Part shown: positions 22,444-34,700 of the stretch, in pieces
How positions within the stretch are numbered: the stretch's first letter is position 1
How the letters are laid out: each line of letters begins with the position of its first letter
Source of the DNA: Priapulus caudatus
Taxonomy: Eukaryota
Length of the DNA stretch: 43,604 bases
Reading direction: 5' to 3'
Assembly (NCBI RefSeq): GCF_000485595.1
Contig: NW_014577074.1
Coordinates: 428,828 to 472,431 of the forward strand
Position numbers and translations under genes: made by a program
Notes under the pieces: model-generated
Database searches by the model: none
Told to the model about the DNA's origin: nothing
What the model saw: the letters and a program-made list of their open reading frames with translations, nothing else

Positions 22444-22952
22444 AACGAATGAAGAGATATAAATTTACATTAATAGTAACTATTACTAACAAACTTGTTA
22501 AAACTGTCCTTAGTTTACTTTTCTAAAATCTAAACAACAAGGATATTTGTTGGCGGCGATATTTAAAAACTTGGCCGAAAACAAACGCATACGACCCCTG
22601 GCGGAGAGCACGCTAGACCCAGGGTACCCGGATGATCAACGCCGACGTAGGCCGTAGATGGGTTACATGTCCGCAAATTTTCGCTACCGCTTTGCGACTA
22701 TGGCGACAATAATAGGATTACGGACATGTTACCCATCTAGATTTACCATGGCGAAAAGTACAATAAGTACCCAGTTTTCTTGACGTATAAATTTCCATGG
22801 TGTCAATACACTTTTAATATTAACTCGTTTTTATTGACGTTTCGCAGTGTAAAGTTATTTTTACAAATCTTATTTAAAATACAATATAAGTTGTGTAAGT
22901 TTATTAACGAAATGAGTCACCATGTTTTCCTGAAGACCCAACTTAAATAGAA
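22444..22952. promoter_or_regulatory. Putative bidirectional promoter between divergent MIS18BP1 and BABAM2
   Basis: The two start codons are about 510 bp apart; locally CpG-rich; GGCGGC-GATA-TTTAAA (CDE/CHR-like) at 22552-22567. Confidence 0.6.
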
Positions 22953-23074
22953 ATGGGCATAGACGTTGTTGATGTTTTTGATGAGAGTGTGGTTAAATTT
23001 GTAGAAGCATTGGTGAAAGATGGAAGGTTTGGAATCTGCGGCGGGAGTATACGAATATTTGACTACAGTAAAGG
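22953..23074 (+). CDS. BABAM2: BABAM2 exon 1 (MGIDVVDVFDESVVKFVEALVKDGRFGICGGSIRIFDYSKG)
   Basis: Aligns by eye to the BRE N-terminus (F...V..G..G.....RI.D..SG); its phase-2 donor matches the acceptor at 38424. Confidence 0.8.
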
Positions 23075-26000
23075 GTACGAGTAATAATTGATAACGAGAT
23101 GCCCAGTACTACTATTACTAGTCAGACAGTACTCGGTAGTCTAGTCGAACGTGACACGTCGTTTGTGCAACACTGAATACACACTCACCGTAGTGTCTCA
23201 GTGACAGCATAGATATATATACAACACATGGTGACAGTGGCTCGCTGTTACACACTGTCGCACACTGACAGTGTCAGTGACACTGGCACTGCCGCTGAAG
23301 GGGTCGTTGTCGTATATGTAGTACCGGTACCCGAGGTGTCGGCGAGTATGTCGCCTACTCCCTAACCGGGTAACCCTAACCCTAGACCGAATAATTCTGT
23401 CCAATATAACCTTTTTTATCATCACTAAGGGGAGAGGGGGAGAAGGTATCGAGCTGGTGGAGGGAGAAGCGAGAGGGCAGAAGGGAACGTTTGTTGCAAT
23501 GACATGTACCAAACGAACCCCAGGTGGATAGTGCGGATTATTCTTCTCTCTGAGAATTAGAAAAACGTAAGAGCAGTGTTTACAAACCACTGACAGGCTC
23601 GAAAAGCGGCCGACGTAGCGAGTGCACGATTGCCGAGGACACTTGCGCAGAAGAGAACTAGGACTGGAGGCACATCACTGACGTCAAACACGAACATTGA
23701 AGGAACATGGCTAGCCTATGTCGGAGACGAAATATGGGAAACAAGCAAGAAATTGGGGTACAAACTCGAAATACGGACTAAGGTAAACAAGGAATACGAT
23801 AGTGTAACTAGAACGGCAAGAACGGCGAGCAAGCATATAAGTGATCCATTTCGATCTACGGTTGCGGCAGATTTTGGAGTTGATCGCAGCCGAATTGTGA
23901 GTTATGAGGAGCGGATGCCTGGAATCGAAAGCGGAATACACCAGAAGGGGAGGGAGAAGCTGGTGGCAAAAACAAATCGGCGGGAATCGGAAGAAATTTC
24001 CACGTTTTGTATAAGGCAAGTTGCTCTGAAAAACCGAAAACACCATCACAGGAGGCACACACATATATCGTAAAAATCCCGCCAGATGCAGAAATACCCG
24101 AAGGTATGGAGAAGTAAGGAGAGAGGGAGGAGGGGGAGAAAAAGAACAACACAAATTCAATAGGAAAATATTATCAAAATCAGGAAAAAAACAAGTGTTT
24201 TAAGAGATGAGAAAAAGACAAGGTCAGGTGGACTTGTGCTGTTGGCAATTGTAAAAATACATGTGCATAATACGGTCTTAAGGTTGTATGGTTGTCCTCC
24301 GGCGGTCTTTGGGTTGAACTGTCAACATGTTACAAACGGGAACGGACGTATATACGGGAGAAGGCAAAAGAGAAGTACTGGTGAGAAATTTGCCAATGAT
24401 TGATTGAAAGATTAACAGTGTCCCCACAGGGGGAGAGCTTCTTCCGGCCAGGTAAGCACATACACGTTCGCCAGCCCTTCTCCACGACTGCTATGTGCTT
24501 ATCACTCGCGGATCGCACAGAATAACAACGACGACAATAACATTTCGCACTTGCGAGTTTTGACTACAAATGTCCAGAGCCACAGCCTGATAATGTTCCG
24601 ACGAGCAAGGTGCTGTGCCTTAGCGTCCAATAAGAATACCAATACACTAACACCTAGCCTTAGCCCTCCTTCTCGCTTGGGGGGGCTCGTAGTAGTAATC
24701 ACGAGTTGCAACACTGAAAGCAAGGCAAATTCAAAATATGCTCCTGTGCGCGACCCGGTCCTATCCGCTTTCCTCCTCCACAACATCTAGACACTGCCGA
24801 TGCTACTGCCAACAATGAGAACTGGGAAAACATGTATGTTGATAACCTAATAGTAATTACGAGTATTAGGAAGGCAACACGGCGAAATCCGTAAACAGAT
24901 ACGGCAACAGTACCTGAATTCAGCGGAACTCTTAAGCTGCCATCACAAGATCAACACCATCTATCCACAGTTTCTTTTGGAGCATTACCTGTCTACGGTA
25001 AACAGATTTTCCAGGATAGGTGAAAACTAATAACGAACGTAGTCCACGACAACGATAACAACCAAAACTACCCAATTGGACGATAAAACACAAGAAGTGT
25101 GTAAAATGTGATGTTCACTGATGGTGGATAAAGAACATATCAAATGGCGCTTTCTTCTGAAACTCCGCGGTTTCTCGCAGCAATTGAACACCGTTTGCCT
25201 TCCTCTAACGACACGGACTTAAGCTAATCCGTATACAAAAAGGAAGCATCATCAATACCACTCGTATCCATTCGGTATAACTACTAAGGTAACCCAAGGG
25301 GGTAATAAAGCCTGAGTGGCAAAAGAACTGTATTTCAATATTAAACCAGTGCCTTCTCAGTACACGCTATATGGTGATACAGCAGGGATGCCCCTCTTCA
25401 TAGAAGAATCAGACAACATTAGCCCTGGTGCCCATCTCAAGAACAATCACTTCAATCCTCGAAACGCGTGGTAACAGAACAGACGGAAGGTATGGAATTG
25501 ACAAAATGAAACTAGAGAAAAAAAAATTTATTTCACATATATAAAAGTTTTTAAAAACACAGAACTCGAGAAGAACGAAATAGTAGAATTAGCAATTACT
25601 AATAATTAGATGTTATGTACTTCAAATGTCCTTGTTTATACACATTTAACGCGCACGAGGGTTAATGGAACTATAATCTATTGTGTGTTTTCAAGATGAT
25701 CTGGTTATCAGAGCTGTACAGGAGCCAGTCCACCGAGAGGGCAATTGCGATCGGAACACGGCAAACTTGAAAATTCAGCAGAGCTAACCGCCAATCTGCT
25801 AACCTTCACTTACAAGTAGTCCGATGATTCAACGCACGTAGACCTGTAAGTTCTGCGTTGCCCTGACCTTTTCCCAAGACTTGATCGGCCTGGTTCGCAC
25901 CACATCTCCTAGATCAGATCCTTTTGGATATGCCCAGTAAGTAGCTATCATTGAAGTAATGGGATTATCTACAGTGGATTATATCATAGTAAGAGATAAA

Positions 26001-29000
26001 TATATATGATGATTATGTACAATATGAACAGAATATGAATATATGAGAATATGATGATGTATGATTATATGAGAAATGAACAGGTCGTGACAAAATTTTT
26101 TATATAAACAATTAAACACTAATTTCGGTGGGGAATGGTACTATTAACAGTTCGCAATTGAGACCAAATTATATAACATGACGCTAGGCCAACGCAGGTA
26201 CTAGCAATGACATGTAGGCATGGAAATGACGGTCAATACAACATACAATGGCGTGGTTTCTTTTGTTACATGAATATTTATTTATTACCACTGACAAGTA
26301 TGTTAAAGTGACAATAGAGGTAATAAATGTACAATCTATCAATTGTATAATATGTTCACAATACAAAGAATTGATTTCTAAACACGAGTTTTCTAGAATA
26401 AAATAATAACATATTATCTCCGAATAAAAATAATTTGTAAGTGTCCAAATAAGAAACCCATTCGGTTTGTTTCAATGTAGGTGGGGAAACATTGCTTTAA
26501 CGTTAAAAATTGATCACTCAGCAGATCTTCCTACCAAACACATGACAACAAGTCATAAGACCCTTGGTGAACCCATAATGCACGCACATGTAATTGCCAT
26601 GTTAGGTACCGTCACCCAGCAATCTTTATTCTTTATTTAGCGTTTACAAAATACCTCTATGAACCAACACCATGTCACGGTACAAATGCCCTAAACATCT
26701 TACTACAAGTCACGAGTAATACTTTAAGAGCGAGTGCTCATCACACTAAATGAACTTGGTCCCACAACTAAAGTCTATTATATACATACAAAGTAATGTT
26801 ATGCGAATACATTTTAACAAAATCTGAATCAGTTAATATTGTGAGAGAGCCGCCAGGCCAATAAAGTCAACAGTCTTGTGACTACACTATCAAGCACACT
26901 TGAATTCGTTACACGAAATACCGCCAAAGTGATTTTCTCAAGTTATATACAGAGAAATTTTATGTCAAACAAGACATAACTTCAAATGTATAGAGGGAGG
27001 CTTGACAGTCCTTAATTACGCTAATATTGCTATAGCAAGACACACCATCACACGATAGTAGGCGCCTATGCACACCCAGTCTTCAACGTGTAAATAGTAC
27101 TAAAGCGATACTCGAATTAGAGTAAACAAATGAAATATAATCTGCCTCACGAATTGTGGGATCAAGTTTGAAGATTATTAATACAAATATTTTGTGTATA
27201 ATAGAATTACCGAACCTTTCCCACACACATAAGGAGTTACTAATTTAAACAGGATAAAAACTGTGGTCAGTCGCGTGGATACAAATGGTCTTCCGAAGAT
27301 TACATACAATCAAGAAATGTGCTTAAATAAGTTATTTGTTTTTCTTTTATCAAGCACACACTCGATAGACTGAGTGTAGAAGTTTCTGGAGATTCGTCCT
27401 CTGCTACACCTATCATAAATACAACATGGTCAGGCATGCGGAGGCAGGTCAGCATAGTCGAGCGAATCGATCTAACGTTATGTCTTGGAGTCACCATGTG
27501 TTTAAGAACTTGCTTTGTCATTGCGCTGGTTTAACATATGTTTCTTTGCATTAATTACAGCATCTGACCTAATAACATAATGTCACTCTATCGAGTGTTA
27601 GGCTGCTTACAGACCAGCATTGTGTATATTTCTTAAACCCCTCGACAACCAATGAAAACTGTCCTACAAGGACTGAGAATTCAACAGTGGTAGCGGAGTA
27701 GGTCATTAATTCGCAGAGTTTGTGGCATTAAACCCCATATAGTGGCGAATAGCCCGGCTGAGCAAGAATCTAAGGATGTCTGTGTTAGGTTCTAATTCAT
27801 TAGGTGTGTAAATAGGCCGGCGGGGGCTGACGACTGCTCAATACATCTGTACTCGCCTCAGGCCGTAGTCCGCTGACAGATAGCCCTTTAGCACACACTG
27901 TGAGGACCAGCGATACATATCCATGTCATCCAGGACAAGCTTGATTGATGGAAAGCATTCTGCTGCAAGTTTCTCCATTTGTAAGTGTGGTATTGTGACC
28001 ATGAGCGTTGTTTCTCAACAACAATTTGAACCACCTGAGAAAGCTTGTGACAGAATAAATAAAATTCGTCATACACTGATGACTGAAAATGATTGGTTTC
28101 TACACGAAATATTGATTATGAGTTTGCTATGAATGCTCCAGAAGTTCAGTTGATACTGGTTAGAACTTGTAGATGCGTTCTTGTCTTCTAGACATTTTGG
28201 AACACTGCATAAGGTGGAACAATTCGTCATAAGCATCTGCTCGCCTAAATGATCGCTCATTTTCATCAAGAAAACCACAAGATGGTGCAAATGTGCTGTC
28301 ACTTTGTGGTAAATATGGACCGACCTGTTTTACAATTTCTGTCCCATTCAAACTGCAATCAATCCAATGTTGCCAAACATCGGTTTGTCATTGCAAGAAT
28401 CAGCTTGGCACGTGGTGCTTACTCCTTGATTTTACGCATCTGCTATATGAATGGCGTGTTTACTCGAATTTTTTGATGTTGTGGGAAAAGTCTTGAGTAT
28501 GCACAACACTTCGTGTCTGGTCGGCCAAGTTCGGGGAAGCATAGCTTGCTTTCACAGGGTCGCGCATCGAAGTGAGATTTGACAAAATGGCGATTTTCTT
28601 CTAATCCTTGACCGTCCTGGTTGATCGAATCCACCGTCAAAAGCCCCAACCGCTAGTTGGCAATTGCATCCCATTATGATGAGTGCAAGTCATGACATGC
28701 TATTTACTCCACTCCGTAGGTAATGCGCAGAGTGGAAAACGAGAATCCAAGGGTGACTCGGAACCGAGTAAAGGAGTAGACCATAGCTAGCAAGTCACTC
28801 TCAGAAGCAGATGTCTGCTTCACACAACCGTGTCCCTTCAGCATTCTGAGGTTGCCTGCTTCTTCTCCAACATGCCCTTAATCCAACCTGTCAGAGACAT
28901 AGGCCACTTGTCAGCTCCTCTCGCAATAAATGACAATAAGAACAGACACTCGACAGTGTTGTAATCTTATAATAGAATATTCGATTCGCTAATAAGAATG

Positions 29001-31677
29001 AACATACATGCGCTCACTATAGCCATCGTCTGAACACCTGTGCTTTCTTGAGGCGCTCACCGCTGAGCCCTCGCATCCATGTTCAGCATCATCATGTTAG
29101 CGTCTATGAGACTATGCTACATCTCTGCGAATACAATATCTTAGTACTCTTTCTCTCAGTTCTCTCCGTATGGGAACAATCTTACTCAAATCAAGTCTTA
29201 AACTGAGCGCTGTTTCGAAATATCACATCTAGGCTTTAACGCTTCGCACTTACCATAAAAGTCAGGAGCAGAAATGTGCATTAAAAGCTGCTTTTCCAAC
29301 GTTGCTGAGAGCTCGAGTGCGTCATTTATGCGTCTATTAGAAGGACGTATGTGGTTGCATGGAACGACGCAAACATTCTTATGCGATGTGCTAGTTCTGG
29401 AGTGCATTTGTTAATGATCCTGTGTCCATTATTCACCTCAGGTCAGACTACGTGATATACTTCATTCAGGCTGCATAATATCACAACTGTGGTCCGGCTA
29501 TTGTGCATCAGAACAAAGATATCTGACACTCATGAAAATATTGGTGTTGTCAAATGTTCAACACATGTTTTGCTCGGTATTGTGAACACGATAGTTTGAC
29601 AAGTTCTACAGCAGTCTGTGAACACGCAACTGTTGCAGTTAGTCCTACAACTAGATGGTCGTTTGTACAACTGTAATAGCATATACAGATCCTCCAAACA
29701 TTTCCATAGCGCGAAAGTAACAGATAGGAATTGTGCTCTCAGTGGAATATAGTTTTGGTGTCTATGTCAATTATAACTCGAGCGTCTATTGTATGTGTCA
29801 TTACATATCCTCACTGAGGACAGAAGTCGAATGTTGTCTGCGCTTCAACAATGTTTTGATAGGTTCAACTTGAGTGTGCAATGATGAAATGCCAAATCGC
29901 CAGTGACCTTAAGAAGCTTTAGCTCTGAAGCATCATCTAGATCTATATCCACGAGATTTTATAATGCCAAAAGTCGCAAGATGAGATGTCAGCAGAAAGT
30001 AAAGCGTATTTCTTTCACAGTTCTGTTGCGCATAATCTTGTGTGGTTGGCACCGAGAGAGATAAGTCGAAAGTGCATTCACTAGGTAGAGGATGGTAGTG
30101 GTAGCAAATTGTGTCTTCTCTATGGAAAGCCATAAAATATATGGGAAGGTTTCAGAAGGATAATCCGACTGTATTGTTTTTTGATACAGCTTGTTTGATT
30201 AATTCGTCTAATCCATCTATAATGTCCGACAGTTGCGTAAGCCCCAATGACTGACGTGTCTCGCGGTGTCTCTCAGACACTTTTCCCATCAATATAAATA
30301 CGCGTTACAGTTTGGCCAAAAACAACTTTCAGAATGTCTTCGCCCACAGATACTACTTGAAAAGATTTCGTGGAGTGCATCTTCATGGTGCACGAGAGAA
30401 TTTAAAACGCTTTGCGCAAGTCATCGTTTGATTGGAGTATTCATAAAGGAGCGATGCGTCGGATGTTTGTTTTGTGACGACATTATTTCTCTTAAATCCA
30501 CCATGTGACAGTCAACCAATTCCACTAAGAAAAAAGTCACACAAACTGAATTATGGTGTATTTATATGAGTAGAGGAACAGGAGAGGAAAACCGGGGAAG
30601 AAAGGTTGCAAAGGTGTAGACTGTGCAAAACAGTTAGAGCGAGCGTTTAAAGTTAAAAGCTAAGATGACGAAGTCGCATCAACTGAAAATAATAATGTAT
30701 TTTCAAGACCCACACGTCAACCACCAAGGCCCAGACAACACCCTTCTACACGCTCTCTCTTGCGTCTCTGTCAGAGAGCACAACCCGCAACTCCCTCAGC
30801 AATATTTTATCCCATATTATTAAACTCAAATCAATTAAAGGATAATATCTAAAATAAAGCTTCACATATATGTATAAAACGATTTTATATTACAAATCTG
30901 TAAATATTCAAAGATGACCAGAAGGAAATACGATAGTCATTTAAAGTGTATAATGAATCAAAATTAATAAACGTCATTTAGCTATATGTTAATACTTGTT
31001 TAGAGTAGAAGAGCGATAAAGAAGCAAGATATAGCAACTATTTATTAAGCCCAACAACCTTATATAAAACTAGAGTATATGGCGCTCAGACAAGAGGGAT
31101 ATAATAAAAATTATGATGAAATTATACGTAGAAGATCCAGACAGATGCAAAAATGCATAACGAACGACTAGGACTAGAATAAGAGTCGTACAATAAGCCT
31201 GGAAAAAATAAGAGCAAGCTCAGCATATAGTAATCTAAAGTAAAGGCAGCTAAAGAAAAAAAGAAACAGGAGCTGAATAGAAACATACAGAGCTCTAGAT
31301 AAGTAGAGTAACTAGATTGAGAAAAAAAAACCGAAGATAAAGATAAAGAAGAAAGAAAGAAGAATAAAAAAAAAAATAAGGAAGGAAAAAAAAAAAAAAA
31401 AAGAAAAAGAAAAAAAAAAAGAAAAAAGAAAAGATAGTTGTAGAAATAAGGGCAGAATCGCTATTGGTACAGAAGTCGGAAAAAAAAATGAAAGGAAAGG
31501 AGATAAAATTTTCTGAAAAGAAAAAAAAAAAAAAAAAAATAGAGACAGAAAAAGAAAAAAAGAAAAAAAAAAAAGAAAAAAGAAGAAAAAAAAAAAAAAG
31601 AAAAAGAAAAAAAAAAACAATGAAAGAGAAAAAAAAAAAAAAAACAAAAGAGAAAAAAGGAAAAAAAAAAAAAAAAG

Positions 31678-31710
<33 letters not shown>

Positions 31711-34700
31711 CAAAAAAAAAAAAAAAAGAAAAAAAAAAAAAGAAAAAAAAAAAAAAACAAAAAGGCAACAAAAAAAAAAAAAAAAAAAAAAAAAGAACAA
31801 AAAAAAAAAAAAAAAAAAAAAACACAATCTTTTAAGCAAGAATAATGATTCGAATGTGAATGTATACACTATGATCTGTAGCAAGTAAATCCATGTAGAG
31901 GCGAACGGTAGGGTTTTGTTCGAGCCAATACGGCGTAGCGGGCCGCATGTCGCGCAGCGCATGCCATTTTGGGCATGCGGATCTCACGAAATTTCAATGA
32001 ACCCCTGTTGTCCGCAATATAACCCTGCACCAAAAGTANNNNNNNNNNNNNNNNNNNNNNNNNCGCCCCACGATCCCATTCCCATCCCATGACATCCCTG
32101 CCATGCCATGCCATCCCAGATCCCTATGCCATGCCATGCCATGCCATCCATCGCACCGCCACCCCATTTTGCCATCGGCATAGCACCCATCCCATCCCCA
32201 TCCCCAAACAGCGTAAAAAACAATAAAAACAATCAAAAGAATAACACATTAAAATAAAAAATTTAAAATTGAAACATGTAAGAAATTACAAAGAAGTACA
32301 TATTAAAGAGGTACGTAAGGTGAAAAAAATAGAAAAAAGCGGAAAAATAAGTTCCCCAGCTGGGACTCGAACCGAATCCCGCGTGTAGGAGACAAATTTC
32401 TAGCGATTAGCCACTGCGCCTGTTAAAGTCGATTACGTCACCGCTAAATATTAAAAAATAATAATAATTTTCCTTCTTTCACAAAATTATAAGTAATTTG
32501 TCACTTTTTTATGGTTAAATTGCCTTGCATTATACTTCCTATGTTTACTTATATTGTTCACCTTGCTGAACATACACTCGTGACTCAACCATTACAGCCC
32601 ATTAGCCAAAGCAATTAATGATTCTTTCTTTTTTTTTTCTTATTATCAGTTATGGAACATAAATTCAAATCGTCCAGCGGCCCGTTGTCAAAACATCGTA
32701 AATTAATCCTGAGTTAAGTCTCACCATAACACTTACGACTAAATCCCTAATGTGCCGAGACTAGCGTTGACAGAAACACACGCAGCTACTTAGAAAACAT
32801 TACAGATAACAGCAACTTCATCACAAGACTGCTGATTGGATGAGAAGCAATTCACAAAATTCAAATTCAGTACACATTTATTGCTATCATCACAGTAATT
32901 TATGCATATTCATGATGGGGCTAACACATATAAAATAATATTTTGATGAAAAACGACGTGGCGGTCATGAATTAATTCCGCCACAACAAGACAAAAGTCT
33001 CAAACACTGTAACGCGAGGACGCTGGAGTCGTGCGCTAAGCGTGGGAAAACCTTTGAACAGAGAAACGAATGCCATACGCCATTTGTAATGTATGTTTGT
33101 TTATTAGCGGTAGATTAATTAATGATTTTGACGTGTTTTTCTAAGAAAAACACACGATTTTATTTCATTATTATAAAATATGGTAATATCCACTATAATT
33201 TAATTCCATAGCTCTAAATGTGTGATGATTCAACTTATATTAAGTTACGAGAGGGTCTGAGCTCTCGTAATGTTATGAGGATATTTGACGAGGATTTTTC
33301 AGTCTCGTAAACCTTACGATTTTCTGGTCAACGGTTTACGGTGGAGAGTAATTAAGACTCAAGTTGCCCGACTAATTTGTTTCTGACAACGAGGCCCCCA
33401 GGTTTTGGATTTTAACTAGTTGAGAAACGAATCTTATCAGGTAAGAATTGACGATACGTTGTAGTTCTCGTTATTCTTAACCTTTAATGTAAAAAAAAAT
33501 GCAAATTTCTTTTTGGACAAATTTTAACCATAGAAATTCCGTTTGACGTAGTCAATTTAAGGGTATACACCATGGATTCACACGTACTCATGGTTATAAT
33601 CGTACGCACCGCCATCTATTGATGAACTAGACATTTCTATAAATTTATCATTAAATTATTTAAATATAACTTTTAACTTTTTAAAACTTTTTGTTTCACC
33701 AGAACCACACTAGACATGCTCATTCTAAATTACTTAGTTTCCTCTAGCTCGTGCGGAGTCTCTCCATTATGCGAACGAACTATAATTCGGCTGAAACAAC
33801 TTTATAATGTATAATATATTATATAGAAACGTTCCAAGCTGCGCAGCTCGCGCCCGAAGGCGTCGCTTGTCGCTATAATATGTACCCGAGAGGTAAACTA
33901 TCTGACTATCGGTAGGTTAGGGGGTAAACATTCAGGTTTAGCCGTCTAAATTAACTTCAAACGCCACCGCCAGATGGCGCTACGCGCGGCTCTATTCGGC
34001 GTTCGGCCGTATTCAGTGGAACATCGTCAGCACTCTCGTGTTCTGGTACAGCGGGTTAGCGAAGGACCAGTGTAGGGAGGGAGAGGCGGCAAAGAGAGCG
34101 GGAGGGTGAGGGCAGGAGGAAGTTTAGAAAAATTACTAGTTAGTGAGTAGGAGAACGCTAGTGAAGAATGAAAGAAGGGGAGAAGGCGAGAAGCGCGTGG
34201 AGGACGGGAGAAGACTGGTGGAGCAGGAGGGGGCAGAAGCTAGTGGAGGGAGAAGGGGAGAAGGAGGGGATAGGAGCTGGAGAGGAGGAGGGCTGAGAAG
34301 GGAGAACGCTGGGTGGAGGAGAGGGGGAAAAAGGGAAGAAGCTGGTGGAGGCAGCGAAGTGGAGAAGCTGGTGGAGAATGAAGGAAGGGGAGAAGGGAGA
34401 AGGGGTGGAGAAGGAGCGAGCGATGAGAAGCTGGCGGAGAAGGAGGAGTGGGGGTCCGAGAAGCTGGCTGGAGAAGGAGCGAAAGGGGAGGAAGGGCGCG
34501 AGAAGTAGCTGGTGGAGCGAGGGGAGAAGGGAGAAGCTGCCCGTGAGAGAAAGAGGGCGCGAAGCTGCGTGGAGAGCGAAGGAAGCGAGCAGAAGCGAGA
34601 AAGTGGTGGAGGAGGGAGAAGCTGCGGGAGGGAGAAGCTGGGGAGTAAGGAGGAAGGCTGCAGAAGGAGGGCCGGAGAATGCGGAGCTGGTGAGGAGGAG

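Noticed and set aside
31295..31962. Poly-Lys and poly-Phe ORFs
   Set aside because: Derived from an A-rich tract near an assembly gap; probably sequencing noise.
32351..32422. Functional tRNA gene
   Set aside because: Only A/B boxes and a T-arm are recognisable; no acceptor stem or clear anticodon loop, and the region is noisy.
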